Source of the DNA: Candidatus Bathyarchaeia archaeon
GTDB lineage: Archaea > Thermoproteota > Bathyarchaeia > Bathyarchaeales > Bathycorpusculaceae
Assembly (NCBI GenBank): GCA_050012255.1
Contig: JBEKHN010000008.1
Coordinates: 32,585-96,584 of the forward strand
Reading direction: 5' to 3'
Length of the DNA: 64,000 bases
Part shown: piece by piece, positions 29,925-40,219 of the stretch
Layout of the letters: each line of letters begins with the position of its first letter
Position numbering within the stretch: the first letter of the stretch is position 1
Notes under the pieces: model-generated
The model's input: the letters and a program-made list of their open reading frames with translations, nothing else
What the model was told of the DNA's origin: nothing
Databases searched by the model: none
Translations under genes and position numbers: made by a program

Positions 29925-30584
29925 TCATTTTCTGACTATTATCACTCTGACTTGGTCACATGCGTCCTCGCATGAGTCAGCGATCATCTCCAATGCTTCA
30001 AAAAGCTGGCTTACTAGCACGGCTACGCCGGCCCTCGGCAAGTCTTCTTTTCCAAGGAGGATTCGGGCTTTCTCGTGTATGTCGTCGACTTTTTCCTCTT
30101 CCCTTTCCACAGCGTCCGCAGCTTGAAGAGCTTCCTCTGTCTTCTTCATCATCCTGTTCACGCATGTCTGAAGAGAAACAGCACACTGTTCAACGCTCAT
30201 AACCATCTCTATCAACTCATCCTTAATTGACGCTGGAACATGCTCCATCGGTATCGCACCGAGGATGCGCGTTGATTCTCTGCTCCAGTCGGCGACCATG
30301 TCCACTCTTTTCACGAGGTCCATCAAGTCCTCTCGATCAGTGGGTGAGAGCTCCCCCGTTGATATTTCGGACATAACCCTTCTGCGCAGCGCGTCCGCTT
30401 CTTTTTCACTACTCGCTACTCTGTCGATGCATCTCTTCATCTCCTTCAAATCGGCCTTGACGGCCGCTCTTATCGCCTTCTCCAAGTCTTCCACTATGCC
30501 CGTTGTCAGGGCTAGATGACGTTGAACTGAGGACAGAGCCTTTGTTTCCTGTCGCTTCGCGAACCACTTTATCAGTTCACTCAA
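29925..30584 (-). CDS. DUF47 / PhoU-like phosphate transport regulator
   Basis: EKEADALRR, DREDLMDL...DMVAD, EEKVDD, LEMIADSCEDACD. Confidence 0.9.
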   Translation of the reverse strand: MSELIKWFAKRQETKALSSVQRHLALTTGIVEDLEKAIRAAVKADLKEMKRCIDRVASSEKEADALRRRVMSEISTGELSPTDREDLMDLVKRVDMVADWSRESTRILGAIPMEHVPASIKDELIEMVMSVEQCAVSLQTCVNRMMKKTEEALQAADAVEREEEKVDDIHEKARILLGKEDLPRAGVAVLVSQLFEALEMIADSCEDACDQVRVIIVRK

Positions 30585-31680
30585 CAGCCAATTCCTCCTT
30601 GAGTCCCGTTTCTGGATACTGGAACATGTGAGCCTTCTCGGGGGGGAAGCTGACGGTTACCTCTTCATCAACCTTTAACCATTGTCCCATCACTGAAGGC
30701 TTGACTATGACGATGTGGTCCTCGTTCTCAAGCATGATGTCGTACCGTATGTTTGTTCCCTCAAAAGTCACTCTCTCAACAGTGCCCATCATCGAGTTTG
30801 TGTCCTTTCTTCTTCCTTCTTCGAGGCTGAAGGCCTCAGGTCTTATCGCCAGAACTACTCTCTCACCCTTTTTCACTTCGTTGCTGACGGCTTGAACCCT
30901 TATACCGCCACGAAGCTCTATTAACGTTTCTTTGTTTTCAGACTCAGCCACGTATCCTTCTAGGAAGTCTGATTCTCCTATGAAGTTGGCCACGAACAGG
31001 TTTTCCGGTGACATGTAGAGCTCACTCGGGGTTCCCACCTGTTTGATGCTTCCCCTCTTCATAACTGCAATTCTGTCGGAGATCGCCATGGCCTCAGACT
31101 GGTCGTGCGTCACGTGAATAGCCGTCAACCCCAAATCCTTGGTCATCTTTCTGATCTCGTACCTGAGGTCGTTCCTCACCTTTGCATCCAACTGCCCGAG
31201 CGGCTCATCCAGAAGCAGCAGCTTGGCGCCTGCCGCCAGCGCCCTCGCAACGGCCACTCTCTGCATCATTCCTCCGCTCAGCTCGCTTGGGAAAGCGTCC
31301 AGCCTTTCATGCAGCCTGACCATTTCAAGCACTTCATGCCCAATCGTATCTGCTTTCTTCATGTCGAAGCCCTTCACCTTTGGGCCGTAGGTCACGTTGT
31401 TCCAAGCGTTCATATGGGGGAACAGAGCGAATGTTTGAAAGACGAAACCTATGTCTCTGTCTTCCGGTGGGACATCGTTGACGAGTCTGTCCCCGATGAA
31501 TATTTTTCCTCTGTCAGGCTTAATCAGTCCTGCAATAAGCCGCAGAAGCGTTGTTTTTCCACATCCGCTTGGTCCGAGCAGAGCAAAGTATTCTTTTTCA
31601 TGAACGTGAAGGCTTACGTCGTCCACCGCCAAGAGTTTCCCAAATCTCTTAGTAACGTTTTCTATGCGGACATCCGGCAT
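30577..31680 (-). CDS. ABC ATP-binding protein (PotA/FbpC-like, TOBE domain)
   Basis: GPSGCGKTT, VFQTFALFPHM, LSGGMMQRVAVARAL, FVANFIG. Confidence 0.94.
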   Translation of the reverse strand: MPDVRIENVTKRFGKLLAVDDVSLHVHEKEYFALLGPSGCGKTTLLRLIAGLIKPDRGKIFIGDRLVNDVPPEDRDIGFVFQTFALFPHMNAWNNVTYGPKVKGFDMKKADTIGHEVLEMVRLHERLDAFPSELSGGMMQRVAVARALAAGAKLLLLDEPLGQLDAKVRNDLRYEIRKMTKDLGLTAIHVTHDQSEAMAISDRIAVMKRGSIKQVGTPSELYMSPENLFVANFIGESDFLEGYVAESENKETLIELRGGIRVQAVSNEVKKGERVVLAIRPEAFSLEEGRRKDTNSMMGTVERVTFEGTNIRYDIMLENEDHIVIVKPSVMGQWLKVDEEVTVSFPPEKAHMFQYPETGLKEELAVE

Positions 31681-31756
31681 CTGTCAGGTAACCTCCCATT
31701 TGGATGTACGATTGCCTGAATGAACGTGATAGGCTAAGGTTTGTTTATTAAGCATT

Positions 31757-33427
31757 CTAGTATCTTCCCTTCTCTTTCACGACAAGCCTCAACGCTAAAA
31801 GAATGATGAATGAGAAAAGTATTAGAAAACCGCTTCCTAACCCTATCTGCAACGGTGTGGGGTGCAGCGCCAAGGCTGGAGGCCTTATCCAGTTCACGAG
31901 CACCACCGGCACAGTTTTGAGAGTAGTCGCCACTGCCAAAGTCGCACCGGTTTCGCTTACGCTCCTCGTGAAGACGAGTATCGCACCTGAAAGTATAGAG
32001 TACTTAGTCAAGGGCAGAACGATGGTCCTGAAGACTCCTAAGGGTTTGGCTCCGAGAGTTCTTGAAGCCTCTTCCATGTCCATGCTTATCCTTTCAACAG
32101 CAGCGGACATTGATCTCACGAAGTATGGGTACGTGATCGCAAGGTGAGCAAAGATCAGCAGCAGAAGCTCGGGTATGGACGTGAAAATCTGTGTCCAAAA
32201 AATCCCCAGCGAAAAGCCCAGTGCTATTGAGGGCACTACAAGGGGAATGTTGACGAGAACGTCCAAAATCGCTGATTGGAACTTGCCGACTTTTCTCCTC
32301 GCGATTGCAATAGCCATGGGCAACCCTATGATCACGTTAAGCACAGTGACTGTTGCGGCGAGGCCGTAGGAAAGAAGCAACCCCTGCCAATAGTCTCCCC
32401 AGATGCCTGCCCCTTGTACGGACTCACTCAGCGTGTTAGTGAACGCGGCTTGGAACGCTGGAAGCGCAACGAAAAGAGACGGGACCAAGACAATGACCAA
32501 AAAGACGGCGAGTGTAACGCCGTTCCTTGAGGATTCTGCCTTTGAATAGCTGAGTTTTCTTTCAAAAGACGGCCAAATTCGTTTAACAGGCAGCTTCAAC
32601 CTTGGACCCACCGCACGAATTGTTATGAAGATTGCTACGGAGACTGCGATGAGAACAAAACTTGCAAAAACCGTGGCCCCGTAGTATGTAGGATCTTTGG
32701 GTCCGAACGTGTTTTTTATGTTCTGCAGGAAGATTGAACCGTTCTCGAAAGCTCCTGCGACAATGAAAGTTGCGCCTGTTTCTGAGACTGACCTTGAAAA
32801 AGCAAGTATGAAGGCGGCTATTAATGACGGCTTTATTATCGGAAACGTAACGGTTCTTGACGCAGTAAACGGTGGAGCACCCAATGTTCTGGATGCATTC
32901 TCAAACTCTCGCTTGTAGTCAAGCAATGCTCCGACCACGACTCTGACAACAACAGGAAAGGAAAAAGCGAAATGAAGAAGAATTATGAGAAGCCACCCCT
33001 GCGAAATCAGCGGTCCGGTGAAAAGTGCCGATATTCCTGCAGGTCCGTTCCAGAAAAGCAGAAGTGAATAACCAAGCACCGCAGTTGGAACAATAAACGG
33101 GATGTCGGACAACGTGTCAAGAACGTTTGACCCTCTTGATCTTTTCCGGGCTATGAGCCATGCCATAGGAATTCCCGCTATGAGATCGATTGACGCAACG
33201 AACAAGGCTATCGTGAAGCTGTTTGCAATCGCGTTCAAGGCACGATTCATGAGAGGCGCATCGTTGAGAACCACTCCGATTGCGCCCCATTTGAGGGCTA
33301 TTCCAAGTATAGGAGGAAGCAGAACCAACGCAAAAAACAGGATTACCGCAATCAAGTAAACTGCGAACTTTACTGTCCTTCTCGATGATGCTGCATCTAG
33401 AAATTCAATGATTCTCTTTCTCGACAA
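31757..33427 (-). CDS. ABC permease with two BPD_transp_1 domains (FbpB/ThiP-like)
   Basis: Two EAA-type loops (FENASRTLGA, MEEASRTLGA). TTG start chosen after a G-rich RBS. Confidence 0.9.
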   Translation of the reverse strand: MSRKRIIEFLDAASSRRTVKFAVYLIAVILFFALVLLPPILGIALKWGAIGVVLNDAPLMNRALNAIANSFTIALFVASIDLIAGIPMAWLIARKRSRGSNVLDTLSDIPFIVPTAVLGYSLLLFWNGPAGISALFTGPLISQGWLLIILLHFAFSFPVVVRVVVGALLDYKREFENASRTLGAPPFTASRTVTFPIIKPSLIAAFILAFSRSVSETGATFIVAGAFENGSIFLQNIKNTFGPKDPTYYGATVFASFVLIAVSVAIFITIRAVGPRLKLPVKRIWPSFERKLSYSKAESSRNGVTLAVFLVIVLVPSLFVALPAFQAAFTNTLSESVQGAGIWGDYWQGLLLSYGLAATVTVLNVIIGLPMAIAIARRKVGKFQSAILDVLVNIPLVVPSIALGFSLGIFWTQIFTSIPELLLLIFAHLAITYPYFVRSMSAAVERISMDMEEASRTLGAKPLGVFRTIVLPLTKYSILSGAILVFTRSVSETGATLAVATTLKTVPVVLVNWIRPPALALHPTPLQIGLGSGFLILFSFIILLALRLVVKEKGRY

Positions 33428-33667
33428 ATTTCCCCCCTTTCCCTGTTGCGACTCACATCGGTGCATCGTAATTTTCCTTTTTTTCACTTGTGGTTTCTGT
33501 TCATAAGTTTTCCCTATAAGAAAGTGTCAGTTCGCCCGTCGAGTCACATCACAGCATACGCTCTGTTGACTCTCAGACTCATCATCCAAAACCAAATGAC
33601 GCATGAAAAGACTTAAGGCTTTTGTGCTGTGAGAACGTTTGCAAGCGCCGAAAGGAGAGTTAAAATC

Positions 33668-34189
33668 ATGGACGTGTTTGAAGCCATCAAAGGAAGGAGA
33701 AGCATAAGGGCCTTCAAGAGACGCGACGTTTCAGATGAAAACGTCGAGAAGCTCATTGACGCCGCAATGTGGGCCCCCTCTGCTGGAAACATTCAACCAT
33801 GTGAGTTCATAATCATCAGAAAGCCAGACGTCAAAAGAAGACTTGCAGAAGCAGCTTGGGAACAGTCTTTCATCGAGGAAGCCGCCGTTGCAATAGTCGT
33901 GTGCGCAAACGAGAATCGCTCTTCGCAACGCTACGGTGACCGGGGCAAATCGCTGTACTGCATACAAGACACGGCTGCGGCCATCCAGAACATTCACTTG
34001 GCCGCCTACTCTCTCGGTCTAGGCACATGCTGGATTGGTGCGTTCAAGGAACATGATGTGAGACAGATACTGAACGTTCCGCAAGGAATAAGGCCCGTTG
34101 CCATAGTCCCCGTTGGCTATGCCGCCAAGTCCGCTTCACCCAGAAGCAAGCGGCCCATGGACCAGATCGTTCACCACGAAACCTTCTAG
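33668..34189 (+). CDS. Nitroreductase family protein
   Basis: AIKGRRSIRAF, WAPSAGNIQP, LAAYSLGLGTCWIG. Confidence 0.94.
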   Translation: MDVFEAIKGRRSIRAFKRRDVSDENVEKLIDAAMWAPSAGNIQPCEFIIIRKPDVKRRLAEAAWEQSFIEEAAVAIVVCANENRSSQRYGDRGKSLYCIQDTAAAIQNIHLAAYSLGLGTCWIGAFKEHDVRQILNVPQGIRPVAIVPVGYAAKSASPRSKRPMDQIVHHETF

Positions 34190-34305
34190 AGAAAAGAGAC
34201 CTTAAATTGCAAGCGTACAGAAAAACATGCTGAACATTTACCACTGAACTGTTTGGGTGAGGTCTTAATATCTTTCCAATTGAACCTTAACGTGGGGCTT
34301 CACGA

Positions 34306-36069
34306 TTGAAGTACAGTATGATTGCTGCGGCTTATGAACAGATTGAGGGGACGACGAAACGGTTGGAGATGACAGATCTGCTTGTTGACCTTCTCAAAAA
34401 CACTCCGAGAGAGGTCATAGACAAGGTTGCATACCTCACCCAGGGCAGGATATACCCTGATTTTGTGGGAACAGAGATCGGAGTGGCTGAAAAGCTCGCA
34501 GTGAAGGCTCTGGCGAGAGCTACTGGGAGCAGGGAAAGCCAGATTGAAGAGGACATAAAGAAGAGTGGAGATGTCGGTGAAACAGGCCGAAAGTTCATAA
34601 CCAACAAGATGCAAGTGACCTTTTTTCAACAAGCATTGACGGTTCAAAAAGTCTACGAAACTCTTGACAAGATGGCTAAAGCATCTGGGACGGGTGCCGT
34701 TGACACCAAGATGGCACTGCTGGCCGGCTTGTTGGCTGCGGCGTCTCCAAGTGAGGCCAAGTACATCTTGAGGACAGTAACTGGGAACCTGCGCCTAGGC
34801 ATAGCCGACATGACGGTTCTCGATGCTTTGGCCATCGCCTACGGAGGTGGCAAGGAGGCCCGAGAACATGTTGAACGTGCCTATAACATCTGCTCTGACC
34901 TTGGTAGAGTCGCTAAGACCCTCGTCGAAAAGGGACTTGACGGTATCAAGAGTTTTCAGGTTTCAATCGGCGAGCCTATACGGCCGATGCTGGCTGAACG
35001 GCTTTCGTCCTCTGAGGAGATACTTGAGAAGCTCGGAGGAAAATGCGTAGCCGAGTACAAGTATGACGGTGAGCGCCTCCAGGCTCATAAACAGGGGGAC
35101 GATGTGGCCCTTTTTTCTCGTCGTCTTGAGAACATTTCAAGTCAGTATCCAGACGCTGTTAGGCTGTTTAAGCAGTATGTTAAGGCCAAGGCGGCTATTC
35201 TTGAGTGTGAGTGTGTTGCGGTTGACCCTGATACTGGTGAGATGAGGCCTTTTCAGGAGCTCATGCATCGCAGACGCAAGTACGAGATTGACAAGGCCAT
35301 TGAGGAGTATCCTGTTTCGCTTTTCATGTTTGAAGCGCTCTACGTTGATGGAAGAGACTTGACGCTGGAACCGTACCCTTTGAGAAGGAAGGTTCTTGAA
35401 AAAACTATAAGGGAAAGTGACCGTGTGAAGCTCGCTGATGGCACAGTTATCGATAATGTGGGTGACCTTGAAAAGTTCTTTTTGGAGGCTATTGAGAACG
35501 GTTGTGAGGGTTTGGTGTGCAAGTCGATCGCTAGGAATTCCGTGTACCAAGCCGGAGCTAGGGGTTGGCTGTGGATAAAGTACAAGCGTGACTACAAGAG
35601 TGAAATGACTGACACTGTTGACTTGGTTGTTGTTGGTGCCTTTCATGGTAGGGGAAAAAGGGCTGGAAAGTACGGTGCCCTCCTTTTGGCAACGTACGAT
35701 GCTGAAGATGACACTTTCGAGACCGTTACGAAGTGTGGGACAGGTTTCACAGACGAGGATTTGGCGAAGCTTCCTAGTATGTTGCAGAAGCATGTTGTTC
35801 AGCACAGGCATCCTAGGGTTGATTCGTTGCTTGAAGCGGACGTGTGGTTTGAACCTGTTATCGTTGTCGAAGTCTTGGGTGCAGAGATCACCCTGAGCCC
35901 GATTCACACGTGCGCTTTGGATTCTGTGCGCAAGGGCGGCGGGCTTGCCATTCGTTTTCCAAGGTTTACAGGAAATTACAGGGTTGACAAGGCACCGGAA
36001 GATGCAACAACATCTGCTGAGGTGTTAGAAATGTACCACAATCAACTCAAGAAAATAACTGAAGTCTGA
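34306..36069 (+). CDS. lig: ATP-dependent DNA ligase
   Basis: PMLAER, EYKYDGER, EGLVCK, WIKYKRDY, AIRFPRF. Confidence 0.97.
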   Translation: MKYSMIAAAYEQIEGTTKRLEMTDLLVDLLKNTPREVIDKVAYLTQGRIYPDFVGTEIGVAEKLAVKALARATGSRESQIEEDIKKSGDVGETGRKFITNKMQVTFFQQALTVQKVYETLDKMAKASGTGAVDTKMALLAGLLAAASPSEAKYILRTVTGNLRLGIADMTVLDALAIAYGGGKEAREHVERAYNICSDLGRVAKTLVEKGLDGIKSFQVSIGEPIRPMLAERLSSSEEILEKLGGKCVAEYKYDGERLQAHKQGDDVALFSRRLENISSQYPDAVRLFKQYVKAKAAILECECVAVDPDTGEMRPFQELMHRRRKYEIDKAIEEYPVSLFMFEALYVDGRDLTLEPYPLRRKVLEKTIRESDRVKLADGTVIDNVGDLEKFFLEAIENGCEGLVCKSIARNSVYQAGARGWLWIKYKRDYKSEMTDTVDLVVVGAFHGRGKRAGKYGALLLATYDAEDDTFETVTKCGTGFTDEDLAKLPSMLQKHVVQHRHPRVDSLLEADVWFEPVIVVEVLGAEITLSPIHTCALDSVRKGGGLAIRFPRFTGNYRVDKAPEDATTSAEVLEMYHNQLKKITEV

Positions 36070-36240
36070 TTGAGACATCTGCAAGTCTTTCCCATATTCA
36101 GCTTCGTCTTCTTCTGACGTTGTTCCTATTTTTCCATGTGGGTTTCGTTCCTTTACGATTCCGACTGGAACTACAATCGCAAAGTCCACATGGCTAATCA
36201 TGGCACCAGTTGTGCATTGAAAGGCTGAAAAACAGGCTTC

Positions 36241-36570
36241 TTACATCTGGAACCTCATGCTCAGGATTTTCTCCATCATTCCTGCTTCCCTAAAGTACGC
36301 TTCCAAGTAATCTCTGACTTCTTGGTGGCCTACACTCTTTCCAACAATTACCCCAGCGAGCTCATGTCGGGGTTTCGTTCTAAACTTCGGCTCAATCAAC
36401 TCTTTGCTAACATTATACTTCGTGATGACCTTGATCTTGAAACGTTCCAATCCGTGCTCAGGGCAAGTCATTTCGACCCATACAGCGGGCGGCAACTTCC
36501 TCTCCCCAATATATATCAACATGTGTCTTCTACTTAAAATCTTGTTGGTCGCATCCTGGGAGTTTATCAT
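36241..36570 (-). CDS. Hypothetical protein
   Basis: 109-aa ORF (WVEMTCPEHGLERFKIK); start may be the later ATG at 36522. Confidence 0.65.
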   Translation of the reverse strand: MINSQDATNKILSRRHMLIYIGERKLPPAVWVEMTCPEHGLERFKIKVITKYNVSKELIEPKFRTKPRHELAGVIVGKSVGHQEVRDYLEAYFREAGMMEKILSMRFQM

Positions 36571-36579
36571 TCTAAACGT

Positions 36580-37401
36580 TCAGAGAACACGCGCATTGAC
36601 AACCACGGCCTCTTCAGATTCTATCTCGGAAATGGGTTCAAGTCTGGCGGTCTGCTCTCTTACATCATCTACAAACGATTGCATGATAGGCACAAAGAAA
36701 ATGTAGCATAGGAGCGAAACCAAGGTTGTGTATTCGATTGCCGTTGGCTCCAGCGGCGTAAAAGTCTCTAACAGCGTGACCGTCGTTGCAAACGCTATTG
36801 GACATAGAAGAGTCTTTGTTTCTCTGAAGAAGAAGCAGAGAAAAACGCTGCCAGCAAGAAAAGGCAGCGAACGGCGAATAAGCTCTCCTGAATCAACAGT
36901 GAAGTATAAGGTGATGGGAAGCATGTACAGCGTGAACATTATGGAAACCACGGTTAAAGCTACGGAAAAGCCGTAGGCGTTCTCAAGATCCGTCTGGATA
37001 TAGCCTCGGAAAACCGTCTCTGCTGCGATAACGGCAAGCAGAATATTGCCGCTTGTGAACAGGAGGTCCCAGGAAATCGGTGCACCGGGGAGGGCTTCGA
37101 ACCCTGATATGCCTCCGGGCACGAAGATAACTATAAGGGCGTATAGAACCGCCAGAAAAAGTGATATGGCCAACAACCTGTTTGTTCTCTTAGGTGTTAG
37201 GAAACCGTGTTCTCGGAAGCCCGAGCCCTCAGCTCTGATGAGTAGAACGGTAATCAAGGCGATCCCAAGGGACGTTAACGAACTGATCCCGCTCTCGTTT
37301 GTGCTGGTGTTGAAGAAGTCTGCAGCTTGGCGAAGCCCGAAAGCGACGGCAAAAACAATGAAGCATCTGTTCACGTGGGCTTTTCGCAACATCGGTTTCA
37401 C
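36580..37401 (-). CDS. CPBP/Abi-family intramembrane protease-like protein with degenerate active site
   Basis: AAETVFRGYIQ (cf. EExxFRG), SIMFTLYM (cf. FxxxH), ETKTLLCPIAFA (cf. HxxxN). Confidence 0.7.
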   Translation of the reverse strand: MKPMLRKAHVNRCFIVFAVAFGLRQAADFFNTSTNESGISSLTSLGIALITVLLIRAEGSGFREHGFLTPKRTNRLLAISLFLAVLYALIVIFVPGGISGFEALPGAPISWDLLFTSGNILLAVIAAETVFRGYIQTDLENAYGFSVALTVVSIMFTLYMLPITLYFTVDSGELIRRSLPFLAGSVFLCFFFRETKTLLCPIAFATTVTLLETFTPLEPTAIEYTTLVSLLCYIFFVPIMQSFVDDVREQTARLEPISEIESEEAVVVNARVL

Positions 37402-37517
37402 TCAGGAGATGAATATCCGGACTGCAAGATAAAATCCTGTCGCAAGTCATCGATTCCAAGAACACAAGTCTTGGTACGTTGGTTATGCGGTCAACTGCAC
37501 GTCGTCGGTGCTCTTTC

Positions 37518-38072
37518 CTATTCTTCGAGTCCTTCCACGTAGTCATAGGAGAAAAGCAGAACACAGGCTATCAGATAAGCTACGAGGTACCCGGTCGCAA
37601 AGATGTGTTGCAGGGTAATATGGAGCGTGACGGCGATCGTGAACGAGGCCGTGTCTTCGAGAACCACCGTGCCGTTGCGGTACCAGTAGAGTTCAATTCG
37701 AAGGTCATGAGCGACAGGTTGAATGATGTTCCAGCCAATGATTCTGTAGCTGTGCGAAACCGTACTGCCCTTGCTACAATTCCAGGTCCTGTACTGCGTA
37801 GAGTTGTATTCATCCAGCCACGGTTCATTGTCGGCGTAGAATCTGAAAAAGAATCGAGCTTCACCCTGATCGTTTTCTGAACAATTTGCGTTGTAGACGG
37901 TGAAGGTCCATGTGTCCGCAGTTTCTGCCTGGATTCTCGCACTGTATGTTACTTGTTTGAACTTGGCCTCCTGTTCTCCAGTTTCAGATTTGACTGGGAA
38001 TGCAATGCTTAGAACAATGATGGCGCTCAAGAAAGCGGTCAAAGTCAGGAAACTGAGGTTCCTCTTGTTCAA
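37518..38072 (-). CDS. Secreted or membrane-anchored hypothetical protein
   Basis: Signal peptide, beta-rich domain, C-terminal TM. Confidence 0.7.
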   Translation of the reverse strand: MNKRNLSFLTLTAFLSAIIVLSIAFPVKSETGEQEAKFKQVTYSARIQAETADTWTFTVYNANCSENDQGEARFFFRFYADNEPWLDEYNSTQYRTWNCSKGSTVSHSYRIIGWNIIQPVAHDLRIELYWYRNGTVVLEDTASFTIAVTLHITLQHIFATGYLVAYLIACVLLFSYDYVEGLEE

Positions 38073-38409
38073 ATGATCCCACCAGCTCAGTTCTGTTGTT
38101 GCTGGTGATCTGGCATTTCATCTGGTTATGCAGTGAATTCGCGATTATTTAAGTTCGTTGGTCTGGCGCGATGCGCAGTCTGCAACTTGGCAAGGTCAGA
38201 TGCTTGATCTGGTGTTCCATATCGCGACTTAATCGCACTCTGTTTAAGCGTCCAGTTCGTCTGGAGGCCTTTGACCATGCAAAACAAGAAGAGCTTGCTA
38301 TCGTTGGTTACTTCTTGAATAATCAGCAAAGTTAATGAGTTCGTTTTCCTTATTTCAACATTGAAGCGCGCGCGTGAACAAATTTCATGGTTGTAGAGGA
38401 GAGTCCTGG

Positions 38410-39048
38410 TTGCCGAGTAAGTTGTCATATCTTGGGCTGACAGTGCTGTTAATCGGTCTAGTGTGCCTGGCTGTCGGCGAAGTTTACCTTGCAAACGTGA
38501 AGACGGTTCCAGTTGGTCAAGAGTACTCGGTATGGTCATCTGCCTGCAACCTGACGAGTGGAATGGCGTACGGGGTCGACATCGAGTCAGGTCTGGACTG
38601 GGGTGTGCCCTTTTCAAACGGGGCGTTTACAAAGGAGCAGCCAGTGAACGTCACGATAACTTCGCCACAGGGGGGCGTGACCCGTTTGCAAGCTTTCTTT
38701 TTGGGCGGGCCTGCGGCAGGTTTTTACAGGGAAGGCATACCGCCCACGATCGTCGGGGTTAATTACCTTAATGTTGATGATGCAGGTCTAACAGTGGACT
38801 ATGTTTCATCGCAGATTCGTTTCACGGTTAGACAGAGTGGCCCGTATACCGTTAGTGTTCTTCAAGATGGACTGTGGAGCAATAAGCCACCTAGCTATAT
38901 ACTGTTCTTTAAAATTGTGGCTCCTAACAGCGAAACCTATTCTCTTCTAGCATCGGGCGGCGGCGTTGTGGGCACAGTTGGGGGAATCACCTTCATATTG
39001 AGCCTCTTCAGGAGCAGGAACACGAAGCGCAGAAGAACTCACAGGTAG
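38410..39048 (+). CDS. Membrane-anchored hypothetical protein
   Basis: N- and C-terminal TM helices, basic tail. TTG start after GAGGAG. Confidence 0.7.
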   Translation: MPSKLSYLGLTVLLIGLVCLAVGEVYLANVKTVPVGQEYSVWSSACNLTSGMAYGVDIESGLDWGVPFSNGAFTKEQPVNVTITSPQGGVTRLQAFFLGGPAAGFYREGIPPTIVGVNYLNVDDAGLTVDYVSSQIRFTVRQSGPYTVSVLQDGLWSNKPPSYILFFKIVAPNSETYSLLASGGGVVGTVGGITFILSLFRSRNTKRRRTHR

Positions 39049-39179
39049 GCGCAACTCGGCTCCTTTTGAGAGAGACGGCTGCTCAAGGTCTGAGGAGACA
39101 TCTTTGCCGAGGTTTTTCAATTTTCAATCGATTCCGACAAAGTTATATGTTCGCGTTCGGCTAGAACTATTCGACCGTT

Positions 39180-40217
39180 ATGGGCTTGAGAACCTACGTG
39201 TTGAGAAGGCTGATCCTCGCCATACCTGTGTTGTTCGGGGCGGTCGTGCTTATCTTCGCTGTGGTGCAGTTTCTCCCAGTATCGACACGAGTTTCGCTGT
39301 ACATTAGAGACCCGAAGATGGCAAGAAATTGGCAGCAAGTAGCAAATGCGAGTGGCCTGTACGCACCTGTTTACGTGCAGTTCTACGAGTGGATGAAGTC
39401 GCTGCTCATTGACCACAATTTGGGTATAGATGCGAGTGCCACGCCCGTGTATGATGCCATAATACACAGGTTGCCTGCAACGATCGAGATTGTCATGTAT
39501 GCATCGCCTATCATAGTTTTTATAGGATTGGCTTTAGGAGTGCGTGCGGGCGCAAACAAGGATAAGCCGATTGATCAAGCTTCAAGAATCTTGGCGATCT
39601 TGGGAACATCTTTGCCATCTTTCTGGTTTGGCATCGTGTTGCTGTCAATATTCTACGCTGGCCTAGGATGGTTTCCGCCGCAGAGATATGGACAAGAGGT
39701 TTTGTCGTACCTTCTTAAGCCGAACAGCCCGTGGCAGTGGCACACGGGTCTCGTGACTATCGATTCGTTGATAAACGGGCAGTGGTGGATATTCCTAGAC
39801 GGAGTCAGGCATCTAGTTCTTCCCATCACTGTTCTAAGCTTGCTGAACTCAGCCGTAATGGTTAGAGTTACGCGTTCAAGCATGTTGGAGGCGCTTGGGA
39901 AAGACTACATAACGGCAGCGAAGGCAAAGGGTCTGAGCAAGAAAGAGGTCGTGTTCAAGCATGCAAGAAGAAACGCTTTGATTCCGGCAATAACGATTTC
40001 AGGGTTGATGATTGCAAGCTTGCTGACAGGAGTCGTCATCACGGAAACCGTTTTCAACATGGGCGGCATAGGACAGTACGCAGCTGCTTCCGCTGTCTTA
40101 CTCGATGTACCGCCGGTGATTGGCTACGCACTCTTGAGCGCTGTTGTTTTTGTCATTTCAAACTTGATCGTTGACGTTCTGTACGCCTACATAGACCCTA
40201 GGATCAGGCTGGGATAG
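39180..40217 (+). CDS. oppB: Oligopeptide/dipeptide ABC permease OppB/DppB
   Basis: YVLRRL, RLPATIE, SLPSFWFG, RSSMLEAL..DYITAAKAKGL, YIDPRIR. Confidence 0.93.
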   Translation: MGLRTYVLRRLILAIPVLFGAVVLIFAVVQFLPVSTRVSLYIRDPKMARNWQQVANASGLYAPVYVQFYEWMKSLLIDHNLGIDASATPVYDAIIHRLPATIEIVMYASPIIVFIGLALGVRAGANKDKPIDQASRILAILGTSLPSFWFGIVLLSIFYAGLGWFPPQRYGQEVLSYLLKPNSPWQWHTGLVTIDSLINGQWWIFLDGVRHLVLPITVLSLLNSAVMVRVTRSSMLEALGKDYITAAKAKGLSKKEVVFKHARRNALIPAITISGLMIASLLTGVVITETVFNMGGIGQYAAASAVLLDVPPVIGYALLSAVVFVISNLIVDVLYAYIDPRIRLG

Positions 40218-40219
40218 AA

